Shown: positions 1 through 12,921 of the stretch, piece by piece
How the letters are laid out: every line of letters begins with the position of its first letter
Numbering within the stretch: the stretch's first letter is position 1
From: Lama guanicoe
Lineage: Eukaryota
NCBI GenBank assembly: GCA_013239625.1
Contig: MU054187.1
Location: 11,731,893 to 11,795,892 of the forward strand
Length of the DNA stretch: 64,000 nucleotides
Reading direction: 5' to 3'
Translations under genes and position numbers: made by a program
The notes under the pieces: generated by a model
Told to the model about the DNA's origin: nothing
Database searches by the model: none
Seen by the model: only the letters and a program-made list of their open reading frames with translations

Positions 1-70
1 GTCTTCTGATCACATATTATATTAGATTTACTGATACGGTTGACATGTGCTGAAAGCTGCTATGCATCTG

Positions 71-104
71 TTATATCCAATCTCCAATTATATCCAATCT
101 CCAA
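71..104 (+). repeat. Perfect 17-bp tandem duplication
   Basis: TTATATCCAATCTCCAA at 71-87 and 88-104. Confidence 0.95.
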
Positions 105-896
105 TATCCTTTTAAGGAAAAGAAAAATATATATAATTTGGAACACAAGTCTGTATATCTAAAAAGCTCATTCGATGATAGTATCAAATGCATCCACAAT
201 TCAAATGCTCTGTTTCTATTTATAAAAGTTTCAAATGTATTTTACCATTTTAGTAATGTAAAACAATCTGTCAAACTAAGCAGCCAAATGCTGAAACAAA
301 TCATGAAGGACCTCTTAATCAGAAGATCTTTCTTTTAGAAGTAGTTTCAAAGATTTGACAAGATACATATTTTAAGAAATTTCTCACATGTGCTGATCTC
401 AAAAAACTCAAGTTCAGATTTAAAGAGAAACAATCTATAATCTATAATGTCAGTAACTGCAGAGCGTTTTCAGATATCCCAGACACAAGTAAGGCAAAGG
501 CATTAATCAACGAAATATGGGAAATTTTATATTAGTACTTTACTAGTTGATAATTTGAAATTCTTTAAGAAAATGTAACTTTTGAACTTTAAGCATTCAA
601 TGTAGAACCTAAAATTTGCTATCAAGTATACACTAATATATTACAAGCTTGTTAGCTAACTTTTAATTTCTAGCTACCAAGGAAACCATTTTTTAATTGG
701 AAAATAATTTGTTAAGAGTACAACGGCATAATACTGACCTGAATTTTTTTTGAGACTAGGAGGCTATGGTCAGCATTAATGACCAAGTCCCAGGGGCCTT
801 ACTAGGAAAAAATAAATTGTTTACTATTTACCCTTATTAATAGACCTGAGATTTATTCCATCTTTCAGTACAAAAGAATACAAATTGATGAAGGTA

Positions 897-957
897 AGAA
901 AGAAAGAAAGAAGGAGGGAAAGAGGAAAGAAGGAAGGAAGAAAGGAGGGAAGAAAGG
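897..957 (+). repeat. Purine-rich (GAAA/GGAA)n tract
   Basis: Seen directly in the sequence. Confidence 0.9.
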
Positions 958-3900
958 ATTAAAAATAACTGAACATTTAATGAAAAATATTTATATTATA
1001 TATGTTGATTGTTTTCCCTTCTCATATATTCCTCTGTTGCTTCAAATGTTAAGATACAAGCTTTTAGTAGATCTCACTGATTCAAGATCATAATTAAAAG
1101 TAAAACCTTCCCATTTATCAAGATTACAAACTAATCTGTTGAAGAATCAAAATAAATTCATCTCAGTATGTTTGGTACTTGATTCCAGCCATACATTTCA
1201 TGAATCCTTGGCTAAAATAATAACAAAGACAATAATAATGAATGGCAGAGACCATGTATACTCAGCCCAGTGGCTGTATTGGACACTTCCAGTAGTTTTT
1301 ATAACCAACCTTTGGGAGTTCAGTAACTTTTAAAGCATCTACCAAGAAAATCCTCAAGAAAGATAAATTATAAATACTTAAAAAAAAAAGCTATTTTGGA
1401 CTTTTATATGATGGAGATCACTGCATCACAAAAGGGCCAATTCATCTGACTACTCATTCATTTCTAATCGCATTTTAATTGCATCAACTTTAAAACAGTC
1501 TGCTCAGTATTAAAGGACTAGTGAGTGTAAGGAATACAAGTGAATTCACCTTTTTCAAGCAACTCGACATACCAGGCTTGCTGCCTTACGTAAGTTATTC
1601 TATTTACCCCTCAGGAAATCCCTTAGGTAGACAAGAATTATTAACTCTGTTTTTACATATCAGGGGACTAGCTCACACAATTTAGTCATGTGAAAGGGGA
1701 TTCTGTCTATTTCTCAACTCCAGGTTCTCTGTCACCCTCCCCCATTTCTACATATTGTGCCTGGAACTGCCTTGTCACCTTTTGTCACTTGGCTGGCTCC
1801 CCCTCATCCTTGGTGTCTATGATGCTTACCTCCCTCTAAAAGTAACTCTTTGTAACTTGTCTTCCCCAGTGGACTGTGATGTCCTTGGGGACAGGGTTTT
1901 GCCTTTTTTTCCTTTGGGTTCCCAGCCTTGCCAGCAGTGCCTGGCATGTGGTAGACATTCACCAAATGTTAGCAGAATGAACCAAATTCCCTTCCCCATT
2001 TTGTGCTTTTTATGTAGAGAACTAAAAAAATGCATGTCCATATAAAAATCAGAATTTGATCTCTTTATCAAGCTGGTCCTTCCTTATGTTGGGCTCTCAC
2101 CTAGAAAGTGTGTGTGGGGGGGTCACATTTAACCCTCACACAAATATGCCATACTACAAATACAGATGGCAAAAGAGTTTCCCAGGACCATGTTAGGATA
2201 ACAAAGCAGAGACTAACATAGTTCATCAGTTTTAAATTATTTCTACAAAAGTAACACAGGTACACACGTAGGACACATACTTAATATATACAGATGGAGA
2301 TCACATTTAACAGTAAATCAAAAGTTAATGCTTTAAAACAAAAATACAACAATATGCTGCTTTTAGTTAAGGCAAGGGACAAGATGAGAAAGAAGACACC
2401 TGGAGTTTATCTGCGTGCAGGCCACTGTGGGGTGGGGTAGGGGGAGGTTCTGAGAGGACAGCAGTGGTTCTAAATGGATTATGCCTTTCTCCCTGCTGTG
2501 AGCAGAGAGCTTACTGTCCCCTGGGGAACATGTCCCTGGGGAAAATATCTGCTTACAGAGCAGCTGAGTACGACCTACAGTAAAGTGGTAAATTAGGTCT
2601 AGATCAGACACACTAATTCTACTCTTCCTTTTGGGTTACAGACAGTACAGAAAAGTTTCCTCCCCAAGGCAAAATTGAGAGGAAAAAAAATTTCTTTCCT
2701 TCCACCCACAGTAAATATTTGAGCAAGTTTAGAAGCAAATTGATTTTAAAAACAAACAAAAACAAAGCAGCCTTTCTATGCCCTCTTCAGGGTCCCCAGA
2801 GTTGCACTGAGCAGGCTGGCGGATGCTGTCTCAGAATCCGGGAAAAACAAACAAACAAAAATTTGTTTTCTTCATCCCTCTCCCTTCTCCAAACTGAAAT
2901 TTATTTCAGGGAGCCCTGTGGGCAGAACAACCAAATTTAGAGCCACTATTGCCCAAGGACAAACATATTCTAGTCTCAACAGAAAACTTCTCAATGGTCT
3001 GAACTCTCTCTGGGGAAGCAGCAGAGATGACTGCGGGCAATCTGGCTCCATACCTGTAATCTCCACTTGGCCAAGACAAAGTGAGTTTTATTAGCCACTT
3101 CAATACCAAGGAAGGTCACCCAAATGATGATTTTTACTACAATTAGCTTAGAGCACAGCCATAATATATTTCAGCTGCAGCGCAGTCCTATTGGAAAGTA
3201 AATAAAATTCTTTCATAATTCAGAAATATCATAAAAACTACTTCCAATGTGATCCTTAATACAAAATGGACAGTTACCAGTATAACTGAGGGCAGGCGCA
3301 TGGACATAAAGGATGTCCTTTGAAAAAATATTGGCACATAAAAGCTTATATGGATCATAAATAACATTTATAAGCACTGTAACTCTGCGGAAAATGCACA
3401 CTAGTTGTGGATCACCCTAGAAGCACTGACTGTCAAAATAACTACCTGGTTGGGTCTCACTTAATCCGTGGTATTAGTATTATCAACAGCAAGAGTCAAT
3501 TTTTAATTTTTTTTTTTAAGGATAGCAAGTAAGCAAATTGGATGCCAATAAAAGACATTTTATAGTTTATACCCATACCTATCTTGAGGCCTGAAAACAA
3601 ACTCCTTTTCAGTATATTAAAGAACAAAACATTAAATATATTAACGTGTTTTATAAATTTTGAAATGTATAGACTACTGTGGATCTTCATTGTATGCTGG
3701 TCAGACTGCTGAACTGAAGAGCTGCTACCATATTGATTCCTTTATAATGATCAAAATGAGTTTTTCATGCCCCAGTTGTATTGCCACTTACTATAATGAA
3801 ATGAATTAGATTAATTAGCATGGTATAACAATGACAGAAAATGATGTGGATAGAGATAGATGAATACCTTTGTGCCTTAAGAACCCTGTTAAGAAAGTTA

Positions 3901-6900
3901 ATAATAATATGTCACAACTGTAGAGTTTTTATATGCCACAGAGTATGCTAAGTCTGTTATGTAATTTATCCTGTTCATACTGACAACACACCCTTGAGAT
4001 AGCTGTATTAGTAGCCCTGTTTTACCAGGTTGGGATAAAATGCTTACAGAGTTTATGCAATTTTCCTGGGTTCACTAAACTGGGAAGCTACAGAGCTGGG
4101 CCTCAACCACTATATAAAAGGACATAAAAGACCACCTCTATCTTGATTTTTAATCTATCCAACTTGCAGAAACTGAGGCTTTTTCCTCCCCATTTGATTT
4201 TTTTTCATAACTTTGGAATTTTTTTTATTGAGGTATACAGTCTGCTTACAAAGTTGTGTTACCTTGAAAATATTTTAAGTTAAAAAATTCCAGTGAACAT
4301 ATTCATCCCCCATTTTAATTTCTTAATGTGGCTTTGAAATCCCCACAAACTCCAGGGTTTCTCCTCTAGCTATCCTTCCCAAGGTCCCTCCAAGCCTGTC
4401 TTCTCCTCCCCCACCATTATTTAATATCAGAGGACCTCGTTTCTGTTCTCCTAGGACACGCCCTGCCTACCACATCTCACTCTTGCCCATGACTTCAAAT
4501 ACCATCTCTATGCCATTGAATTCAAATGGCAGAACTAGTCCTAAAGTGCAGAACCACTCAGGAAACACAGGAATCAAGTGTTTAGGTACTCATTAAGCAT
4601 AAACTAATCAAAATTACAGCCACAGAATTGTAAACTGCTTTAAATAAAACATTAATAAAAATGAACATTTCTCAGATAAAAACTGGCCCCAATTAACCTT
4701 TCACATATTTAAGAATATGAAGAACTTGGCTTTATTTCTTTACTGCTGTTATTTGTACCATCCATTTTCACCTTGTTATTAAAATATATGATACATATAC
4801 ACACAAAAGTACTCTGGATATCTGTGATCATGACCTTAAGTTTATGACTTGGAAGACACTGTACTTACATTTAATGAAACAGATGATTTCACTATTTGAA
4901 ATCCAACGGGTTGATTATTGCACTGAAACCAACTGTGACATTGTATTGGTGGTGTATTAAGACCTTGTCCAAAGTGTAAGCAACATTCAGTCTAACATAT
5001 GACCCAAATTTTCTGAGTCGACATCATACACACAAAAAACATCAAATGTTTGGGGTGAGTAGTGAGGGGCCACAGAAGTTCGTAGAAAGGAGAGCTGCTG
5101 TCAGCGTCAGAGCTATCTGGGGCCTCAGCCCCTATACCAAATCCTTTACTGCAGCACTGAGAAAGCCAACAGTTGCAGGACTTTCCACAACAGTCATGGT
5201 CTTCAAACTTAATGTATCCTTCTAAAGTAATTTTATAAAACTATGCACCCCTCACAGACTTTGAGGTTGGTATTTAATTTTTTTCTTGGCCAGCTTAAAT
5301 AGCAAGGGGTATAAGCTCTAACACATTAAAATATTAATATTTTGGGATAAACTTACATAATTCTTTTAATAATCCAGAGTAATCTAAATACTAGTGAGAA
5401 CTACATGAACAAGATCCTATTTACAGCTGGAAATTTGACTTTGTTCCTATTTCTTTTTGAACTCAGATTTCTATCCCCACTGAATTTTATCCTAAAATGG
5501 TAAATTTTATGCTTGAAAGTTTTTTTTATTGATCATATTTCTCTGCAATAAAAATATGTAAAAATGACTTTTAGAAAAATTCCTCATGACCATATAACTC
5601 TAAGTATAAAAAAAAATGTTTCTTCCGGATTGAGTTATAAATTATTTGAAGAGCACAATCATCAAAACAAATGTATCTCAAGTTGCAATGAATAATTATT
5701 AAACAAAGGTCACAATTACTGGAAATGAATGTCTTAATGACATGGATAGTTTGGCTTTTTTCCATTTATTTCATGTATTTCATGGGTGACTATTACTTAG
5801 TGCTAAAAGGAGACAGGGACCAGCATCAATTTTCTTCCTTTTTTTTTTTTTTTTAGTTTGTTTTATCTTTATTACTATAACTGTGGTGATTTTTTGTTCA
5901 CATAAATAAGTAGATGGAAATGGAAGAAACTCCTTCCTTTATAGCAGTGTCACTCAAATGCTTGAACTCCTCAGTTACATGCGAAAAGTCAGTGATCTTT
6001 CATCAAAAATTATTTTAATCACATACTGGCTGACAACCCTATTAGGCCCCTCTGCAACTTCACTTAAAGTAGAGAATTGTAAACCACCTGACTTGCAAAT
6101 GGATTTGTTACCCATTCATCAGAGCCATTCCAACTGTCAATACTACAACTAAATTGCCTCTCTTTCTCTCTCACTCTTTTTTTGGGAAGTGGGTATTCTC
6201 AAAGCTCTGAGTCTATATACCAGTGGGAAATCCTCATATAACTCCACAGTATGCACGCTCCAGTTTAAAGCTCACTACATAACAGCATGATAGCAATTTA
6301 TATTACATTTAGATATGTTCAGTTGTCCTAGAAGTATACCGGTAAGTAAACCTGGAGCATATAGTACGTTTGAATCAAATATCTTTAAATGGAAGCTCTC
6401 CCAAGGATCTCCCTTTTATTATCAGCAAATCAACACACACACATTAATGGTTCAAATATCTATCACAAGTAATTCAGTTTTAAGACAAGTTATGCAGAAA
6501 CCTTCCAGAGAATGCCAGGATTTATTTTTACATTCCTCAGCAAGACTGTATCAGTCAAACTAGGCAGTGAATGCATTATTAGCAATATCCATTTATCCAT
6601 TCAGTTATCATTTTTGGACAACAACTAGAAGATATATTTCCTTAGTTGGGTTCAGAGAAATAGAAAATTGGCTCAAACTTAATGTTTCCTGGCTACGAAT
6701 ATCACTTTTTAAAGAGTTACAGGGAATTATTAAAAAACCAGCCAAGTACTTAATGCAGTGTTGAGCAGTTTTCTAGCTTTACGAGGCTGGAAACTGAGGC
6801 TTTTATTGTTCTGTGGTAAATCCATGGAACTCACACAACCAGATGCACACAGTGCAGCTAGTACACACAATGTACCAACCACGCAACCTCCAAAAAACCT

Positions 6901-7394
6901 AATGTGTGTCAAAGTTTCTTTGTAGAACGTAGCTCATTTAAAAATGTTTATTTTCTGTTTGGATTTTTAGCATATCTTTGTCATGAGATAAAACTGCATG
7001 AGAAATTTTACTTACTAAGGAAGAAAATAAGAAATAAGGGAGTACATGGCTTCTGCTAGACACTAAAATCACAAGGCAAAAATGTTTATATTTTTAATTT
7101 ATGAATTAATATCTTTCTGTGCTTTCCCCCCCAGTTTTTCCTACAGGAACTACATTGAGGCAGACCTCCCCTGTCCAGCAATGTCAAATGAAAAGCGATA
7201 TACTTACTGATAAAGCAGAGGTGTGGATGTCTTCTCTTCCTTGTTTTAAAATCACCTCAACATATGTTGCAGTCCACACACCCTTTCTGTGTGCAGGGGT
7301 AGACAGCTTTCTAAGATAATTCTCAACAACCCACACCCTTGTCAAATCATCTCCATCTTTGGTACGAGACACAGCTATGAAAACAGTGGGCATC

Positions 7395-8267
7395 ACTCAG
7401 GTGATTAGGTTACCGGGTACAGCTGATGTGAAGAAAGCAGAGTCTCCCCCGTGGGCCTTGTCCCATCACGTGAGTCCTTTAAACCTGCACGTAGACATCA
7501 AGTCAGAGATCTGAAGCACGAGAGGGAAATCCTCCTCACTGGCTTTGAAGATGGAGGGGACCACCTCATAAGGAAGGCAGGTTGCCCCTAAAAGCTGAGA
7601 GCAGCCGGAAAGGAAAGAAAAATCTCAGCCCTTTGAGTGCCAGGAACTGAACTCTGCCACAATCCTGGGAGCTTGGAGGAGGACCTCGAGTTCAGATGAT
7701 AATGTAGCCTAACTGACATCTTGATTTTAGCCTCATGAGACCCAAAGCAGAGAAGCCAGTCTCATCAGCCCAGTTGTCTCATCTACAGAACTGTGAGCTT
7801 GTAAACAAGTGTTTCAAGGTGTCGTGGGCTTGAAAACCGGTCCCCCAGGAGCATGGAGGGCACGGAGAAACTGAAGGAAGAGGCAGGCCACTCCAGACCT
7901 GCAGATGGCAGTTTCACAAGCAAAGGAACGTACTTACGAGGCTTGTCTCGGGTGGGCCAGGCCTGGGAGATCTCCGCATCTGCCTGCCAGAATCTTAAAA
8001 GTTTCTACAGAGGCCTTAACAGGGCTCAGTCACGTATCCAGTCCAGATAGTCCTGACAACACTACTCTCACAAGGCTATGTCCTTGAAACAGTTCCTAGT
8101 GTGGGAACGGTGGACGGAGCAGATATTTGAAGGACAGGAGAGGGTCTAAGGGGCCTCCAGTTGCTCAGGTCCAGCTAACAGCCACCCAGGGTCATGTCCC
8201 CTTGGTGACCTCCTCCACCAGGTGCTAGGTGTGCGGTAACTTACTACACAACAGCAGGAGACTAACA
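7395..8267 (+). mobile_element. MLT1 (ERVL-MaLR) LTR interrupted by a second element at ~7820-8220
   Basis: GGCTTTGAAGATGGAG, AGGAACTGAACTCTGCC, CTACAGAACTGTGAG; the terminal part GGTAACTTACTACACAACAGCAGGAGACTAACA resumes after 8221. Confidence 0.8.
7820..8220. mobile_element. Probable solo ERV LTR nested in the MLT1
   Basis: About 400 bp, GC-richer and CpG-retaining, bounded by TG...CA, and cleanly interrupting the MLT1. Confidence 0.6.
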
Positions 8268-10902
8268 TATGGGCATTTCTCAGATGCACCACTAGGGAAA
8301 TTGAAATACCTTCAAAATGCCCAATAGGGCACTACTCTTCCACCATCCAAGGCAATACATACCCTGTCTATCTGCCGGTTTTGGCTCTGCACTGTGAACC
8401 GAAGTCCACGAGTGTTCACTAAACAGAAAATAAACTTCCTTGATGGAAAACCAAGAACTGAAGCTATACTACATTTGAAAAATAAAAGATGAATGACACT
8501 GATTCTCTGCTTCTTTATTTCTCATTCTGTTTACTGAGCCTCTGAACTGTGAGTGAACAACACTTTGCACTTTGCTTCTATAAACATTCTCATTTAACTT
8601 CCACAACTTCATGAAGTAGTGACACTCTCATTTCAAAGATGAGAAAACAGTCCTAGAAACTTATCTTTAACATAATGTTTTCTTAATCTTTATCTCACCT
8701 ATATTTTATAGCTAACGCATCTCTCCACCAAAGACTCCATCTTCATTTTGCATACGACACCTTTCTAATAGCCACATCCCATATACTTCACCACCAAAGC
8801 AGTCTATGGATTTTGAGTCCTCTCATTCTTAGTTCTTGACTCGATTCTTTGGAATTATGCACTTGAGCATGCTGTCCCCTGATTTTGCTGCTAGGACACT
8901 TTGTTCATACACTGACTGTGTCAACTGGCTAAACTTCCCTGGAACAATGATTATCCAGTCCCAGTAGCACATGAGAATCACCCAGGAGCATTAAAACTCT
9001 GCCTGCACCCCAGTGCCAGAGATAACGATTTGATTCACCTGAACGTATGGCCTGAGCTTTGAAATATTTTCAGATCTTTCCCAGAAATTCAAAGACGGAG
9101 GCAAGATTTAGGACGACTGATATGGAGTTGGCTCATACTTTGGAAGGAATTTACAGGGAATTCCTGGACTGGAAGCAATGGAAAAAAGGAAACACTAACA
9201 TAGACTGTGGGGTCCTGCTTTTGCCCCAAAGTGTCTACCAGGGGAAGCTGAGGCCCCCCTACTGTAAGAATCACTGAAAAGTAGCGCAGCTAGACGTGCT
9301 AAGCGTTTCACAGCTGTGTTGATCCAAAGGCCTGTGGTCCTTTCTATTATAAGAGTGTAATTTTAAAAGATTTACACTGTTGCTTTATTTAATGTTTCCA
9401 TTTAAACCTATTTAAAAGAAGCATCTTCATTTTCTAAAATCACCGTTTCTAGTCCTCTTTGTCCTCTCCTTTAATTCAGCTTAATATATAATGTTATGCT
9501 TTTGATTTGGGCTTTCACTTAACTGTTCACAACTTCTTTTGTCTTTTCTTATTATTTTTCTGTATCCTATTTAAAATGTTTCATCATTTTTCTTTGTGAT
9601 ACATTTAGCCAGTTTCTTAATTATTTGTGCGAAATAGGAACATCTCCATTAGCAAAAAGACAAATGCATACAGTAGAAAGCAAATTTGCATGTACAATGC
9701 CAACCCCAAAGGCAAAGCTCTCTTACACTCTACAATCCATTCATGCCTAATTTTTTCAGTTTCTTGCGTACATTAAATCTCTCTGGCCTGCAGGCTTTCT
9801 TAGATGTTATTCCCTCTGCCTAATTTTTCCCTGGTTAATTCTTCCTTCCTTTTCTGGTTTCAGTTAAACATCAGTTTTTTCAGGAATGTCTTCCAAGATG
9901 ACGTGTATCTTTCCAGACTTTGAATGCATATAAATATATTTATAAATGGGATTGCTCCATACGTATAGTATTTATTTTCATTCAATAGGATGTCATGAGC
10001 TTTTCCAGGTCAGTACATGTAAATATAACTCATTCTTTAACTTCATAGAATTCCACTTTTTGTTAGTTTGTTGATACTCTATCATATTTATTAATTAGTT
10101 TGATATAATCTTTTACCAGTGGAATTTACGGTGCACTCAAGAATCTTGTACATACATATTAGACCACCTGTACGTTTATGTGCTTAGATCCCTCAAATCA
10201 AGTCACAGAGTCAAAAAATTTCTCATTGCAATTTAACACTAATTTTGACACATTTTACCAGATTTTTATCCAGAAGTCTTCTTTGTAATTTATACTTCCA
10301 TTAATAGTATTAATTATTATAATCTTTTATCTTTTATTTTATTTGTTAAATGTTAACTCATTATCTATTTTAACTATTGTAAAAAGCTCTTTATATTTAT
10401 CTCAATCAATATATGTATCAACTGTTATGAATCATTCAGTAATCATCAAAGTGATTCCTTTCACAGAACTGTGAGAATTGAATAGTGCAAACAGGTCTCC
10501 AGGTTAAAATTTTAAATCTTAACTCACCTATCAAATTCATGAAAGATAACTGAACGGTAATAACAGCTTTCCTAAGAATTTACATTGCTTAACTGGAGCC
10601 TAATCCAGCAAAAACCTCACAGGATCTAAAATTAATTTTCATGTGTAGGAGGCAGACTGTTTCAGAAGTACATGTAAAAACTAAAAATAAATGGCAGGCC
10701 CAATATCATTGTTTTTCTTCTTAGTGTAGGTCAGTGCTGCATTTTAGAACATTATGTAAGATCTTTATTGCATTTATATATATGTTGAAGTTATGAATAG
10801 CATACCATTTCACACATTTGCCAAAGCCTTGGAAGTAAAAATGTTAGTGTAATTACTATCAGAGTAGTGTCAACTGAAGAATTAACAGGAGCAACAACAG
10901 TA

Positions 10903-10903
<1 letters not shown>

Positions 10904-10937
<34 letters not shown>
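10904..10937 (+). repeat. (TAA)n microsatellite
   Basis: Seen directly in the sequence. Confidence 0.95.
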
Positions 10938-10939
<2 letters not shown>

Positions 10940-12824
10940 CCTGAGACTTCAGTTTAGAAAATGGAGTCTCTGACAAAATATTGGTTCACTTTTGCTTTTT
11001 ACTAATGGAAAATTAACAACAACAACAAAAATTCATCAAGAACAATTGCATAAAATGTCCAGTTTTAATTTATAATAGGATATCCTAATATGCTTAATAT
11101 TGTGAATGGAAAACATATCCTTAACTATTTACCCTCATTTGGCTGAGAATACAAAGTAGTAAATGATATTTAGGTTGCAGCAAATACCTGCTAATTAAAC
11201 AACTGGCTAATGGGGAAATAAAGAATATTAAGATATATTTCATAGTCCAGGCATCATCATTCACTTTAGAGGTTATAAAGTTAAAAGGAGTGATATGGAA
11301 AACAACAGATATAATAATGCTTGTGATATCAGATACAGTCACAGACAAGAAATAGAAACCAAGGGGTATATGTGTGTGTCTCCCTCTTGTACACACATGC
11401 ACACTTACACATACCTGTCTGCAGTCTTACAGATTTGTAGGGTTGGAGGGACGTTGTATCCCATTTGGTTCAAGATCGCTAATAATCGCTTATCAGAGTT
11501 CCCTCTAACACATCTGACCCAAGGCTATCTGGCCAAGTCATGTCCCTTCCTAGTGATAGGCAGTCCATTCATTCCACACACCATGGTAATTTCAGGGAGC
11601 TTTTCAGCTCTTCACCGGACATCTCAATAAGAAAGTCCCACAGGCATTTCCAAATCAATCTATCCAAATTCAAAGTCATGTTATTCCCTGCTGCAAAACT
11701 GTTTCTTTTCCAAAATCGTTCCCTGTCACAGTTAATAGCCCTACTACTCCACCAAGCTAGACCTTGTGGCAATATCTCTGATCCACTCCCTTCCGCACTC
11801 CTACAGCCTGGCACACAGCAGGCACTGAGTAATAATACGTAAATGGGAAAGAAAGAAAAAGTAAAGGGAAGAACGGAGGAGAGGAAAAAGGGAAAGAAGA
11901 AGGGAGTGAGACGGATAGGGAGAAGTGGAAGGAGGGCATTTCTTTCAATTTGGGGTTAAATTGAGGCCCGAAGGCACTGTTTCTATTGCATTTCCACACT
12001 GATGACCCTTGGTCAGGCAACTCTGTCTCTTATCGGATTACTGCAATAGCCTTCTAACTTCTCTCCTGCCACCTGGCCACCATTCTCTTGTCTCTCTAAA
12101 CAGTTCCATCAGAACAGTAATGGTCACCTCTGGTTGAAAAATATATTTAATGGATCCCACTCTTTATAAATCATGTTCAAATTCCTTAGCTTAATTTGGG
12201 CTCTTAAATCCTATTCTTAGTATGCTTTTACATTTCCATCTTCAACAGCCCCAAACCCAACCACCTTCCTACTCCCATTGACCCCAAGGTCATACAGACG
12301 CAAAAGCAGAATGGGATCAGCATCCTTGCCAGCTTTCTTCATGCATGTTCACAAACTGAAATATCATAACCTGATCCTTTTTCATCTAAACTCGATACAG
12401 TTAAATCTCTGCTTAACAGCCAACCTTAAAGTACATCTATAAGCCCTTCTTCAAAACTTTCAGAATTAAGAAACCCCACCCTCTTTGCGTGTCTACAAAA
12501 TTTTGTTAAGTCTATTAGAGTATTCATTTTAGTCTGAAAGAACAAGTACAGTATTAATTAAAGCACATGATCTTACAGTCCAGGAATCCCTAAGGTGTCA
12601 GCTCCTCTGAAGGTTGATCAGGGTCTGCCTTTTTTGCAGCTTTGCACCTCCAGTGCCCAAGTCAGAGCCAACAATAGCTCTGCAAATGTCAGCCTACTTG
12701 GCGGAAAGCCAAACTGGAAACATTTTTCCAGAAAAAAAAATTAAGTCACATGGCATTTATATTTTTCATAGATAAACATTTTGAAAGAAAATGTTTCCAC
12801 TTATCAAAAAGGTTATATAGTTTT

Positions 12825-12921
12825 GTTTGTTTTTTTAATGGATGTTTTTTACTGGGGATTGAACCCAGGACCTTGTACATGCTAAGCATGTGCTCTACCA
12901 CTGAACTGATCCCATCCCCCT
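12825..12921 (-). mobile_element. tRNA-derived SINE (Vic-1-like), short form
   Basis: Reverse complement of the head with A box (CAGTGGTAGAGC) and B box (GGGTTCAATCCC). TSD GGTTATATAGTTTT at 12811-12824 and 12927-12940. Confidence 0.9.

Noticed and set aside
2910..3086. Plus-strand exon-like segment (TTTCAG acceptor, AAA|GTGAGT donor, one open frame)
   Set aside because: The peptide is unrecognised and there are no partner exons; such splice-like pairs arise often by chance.
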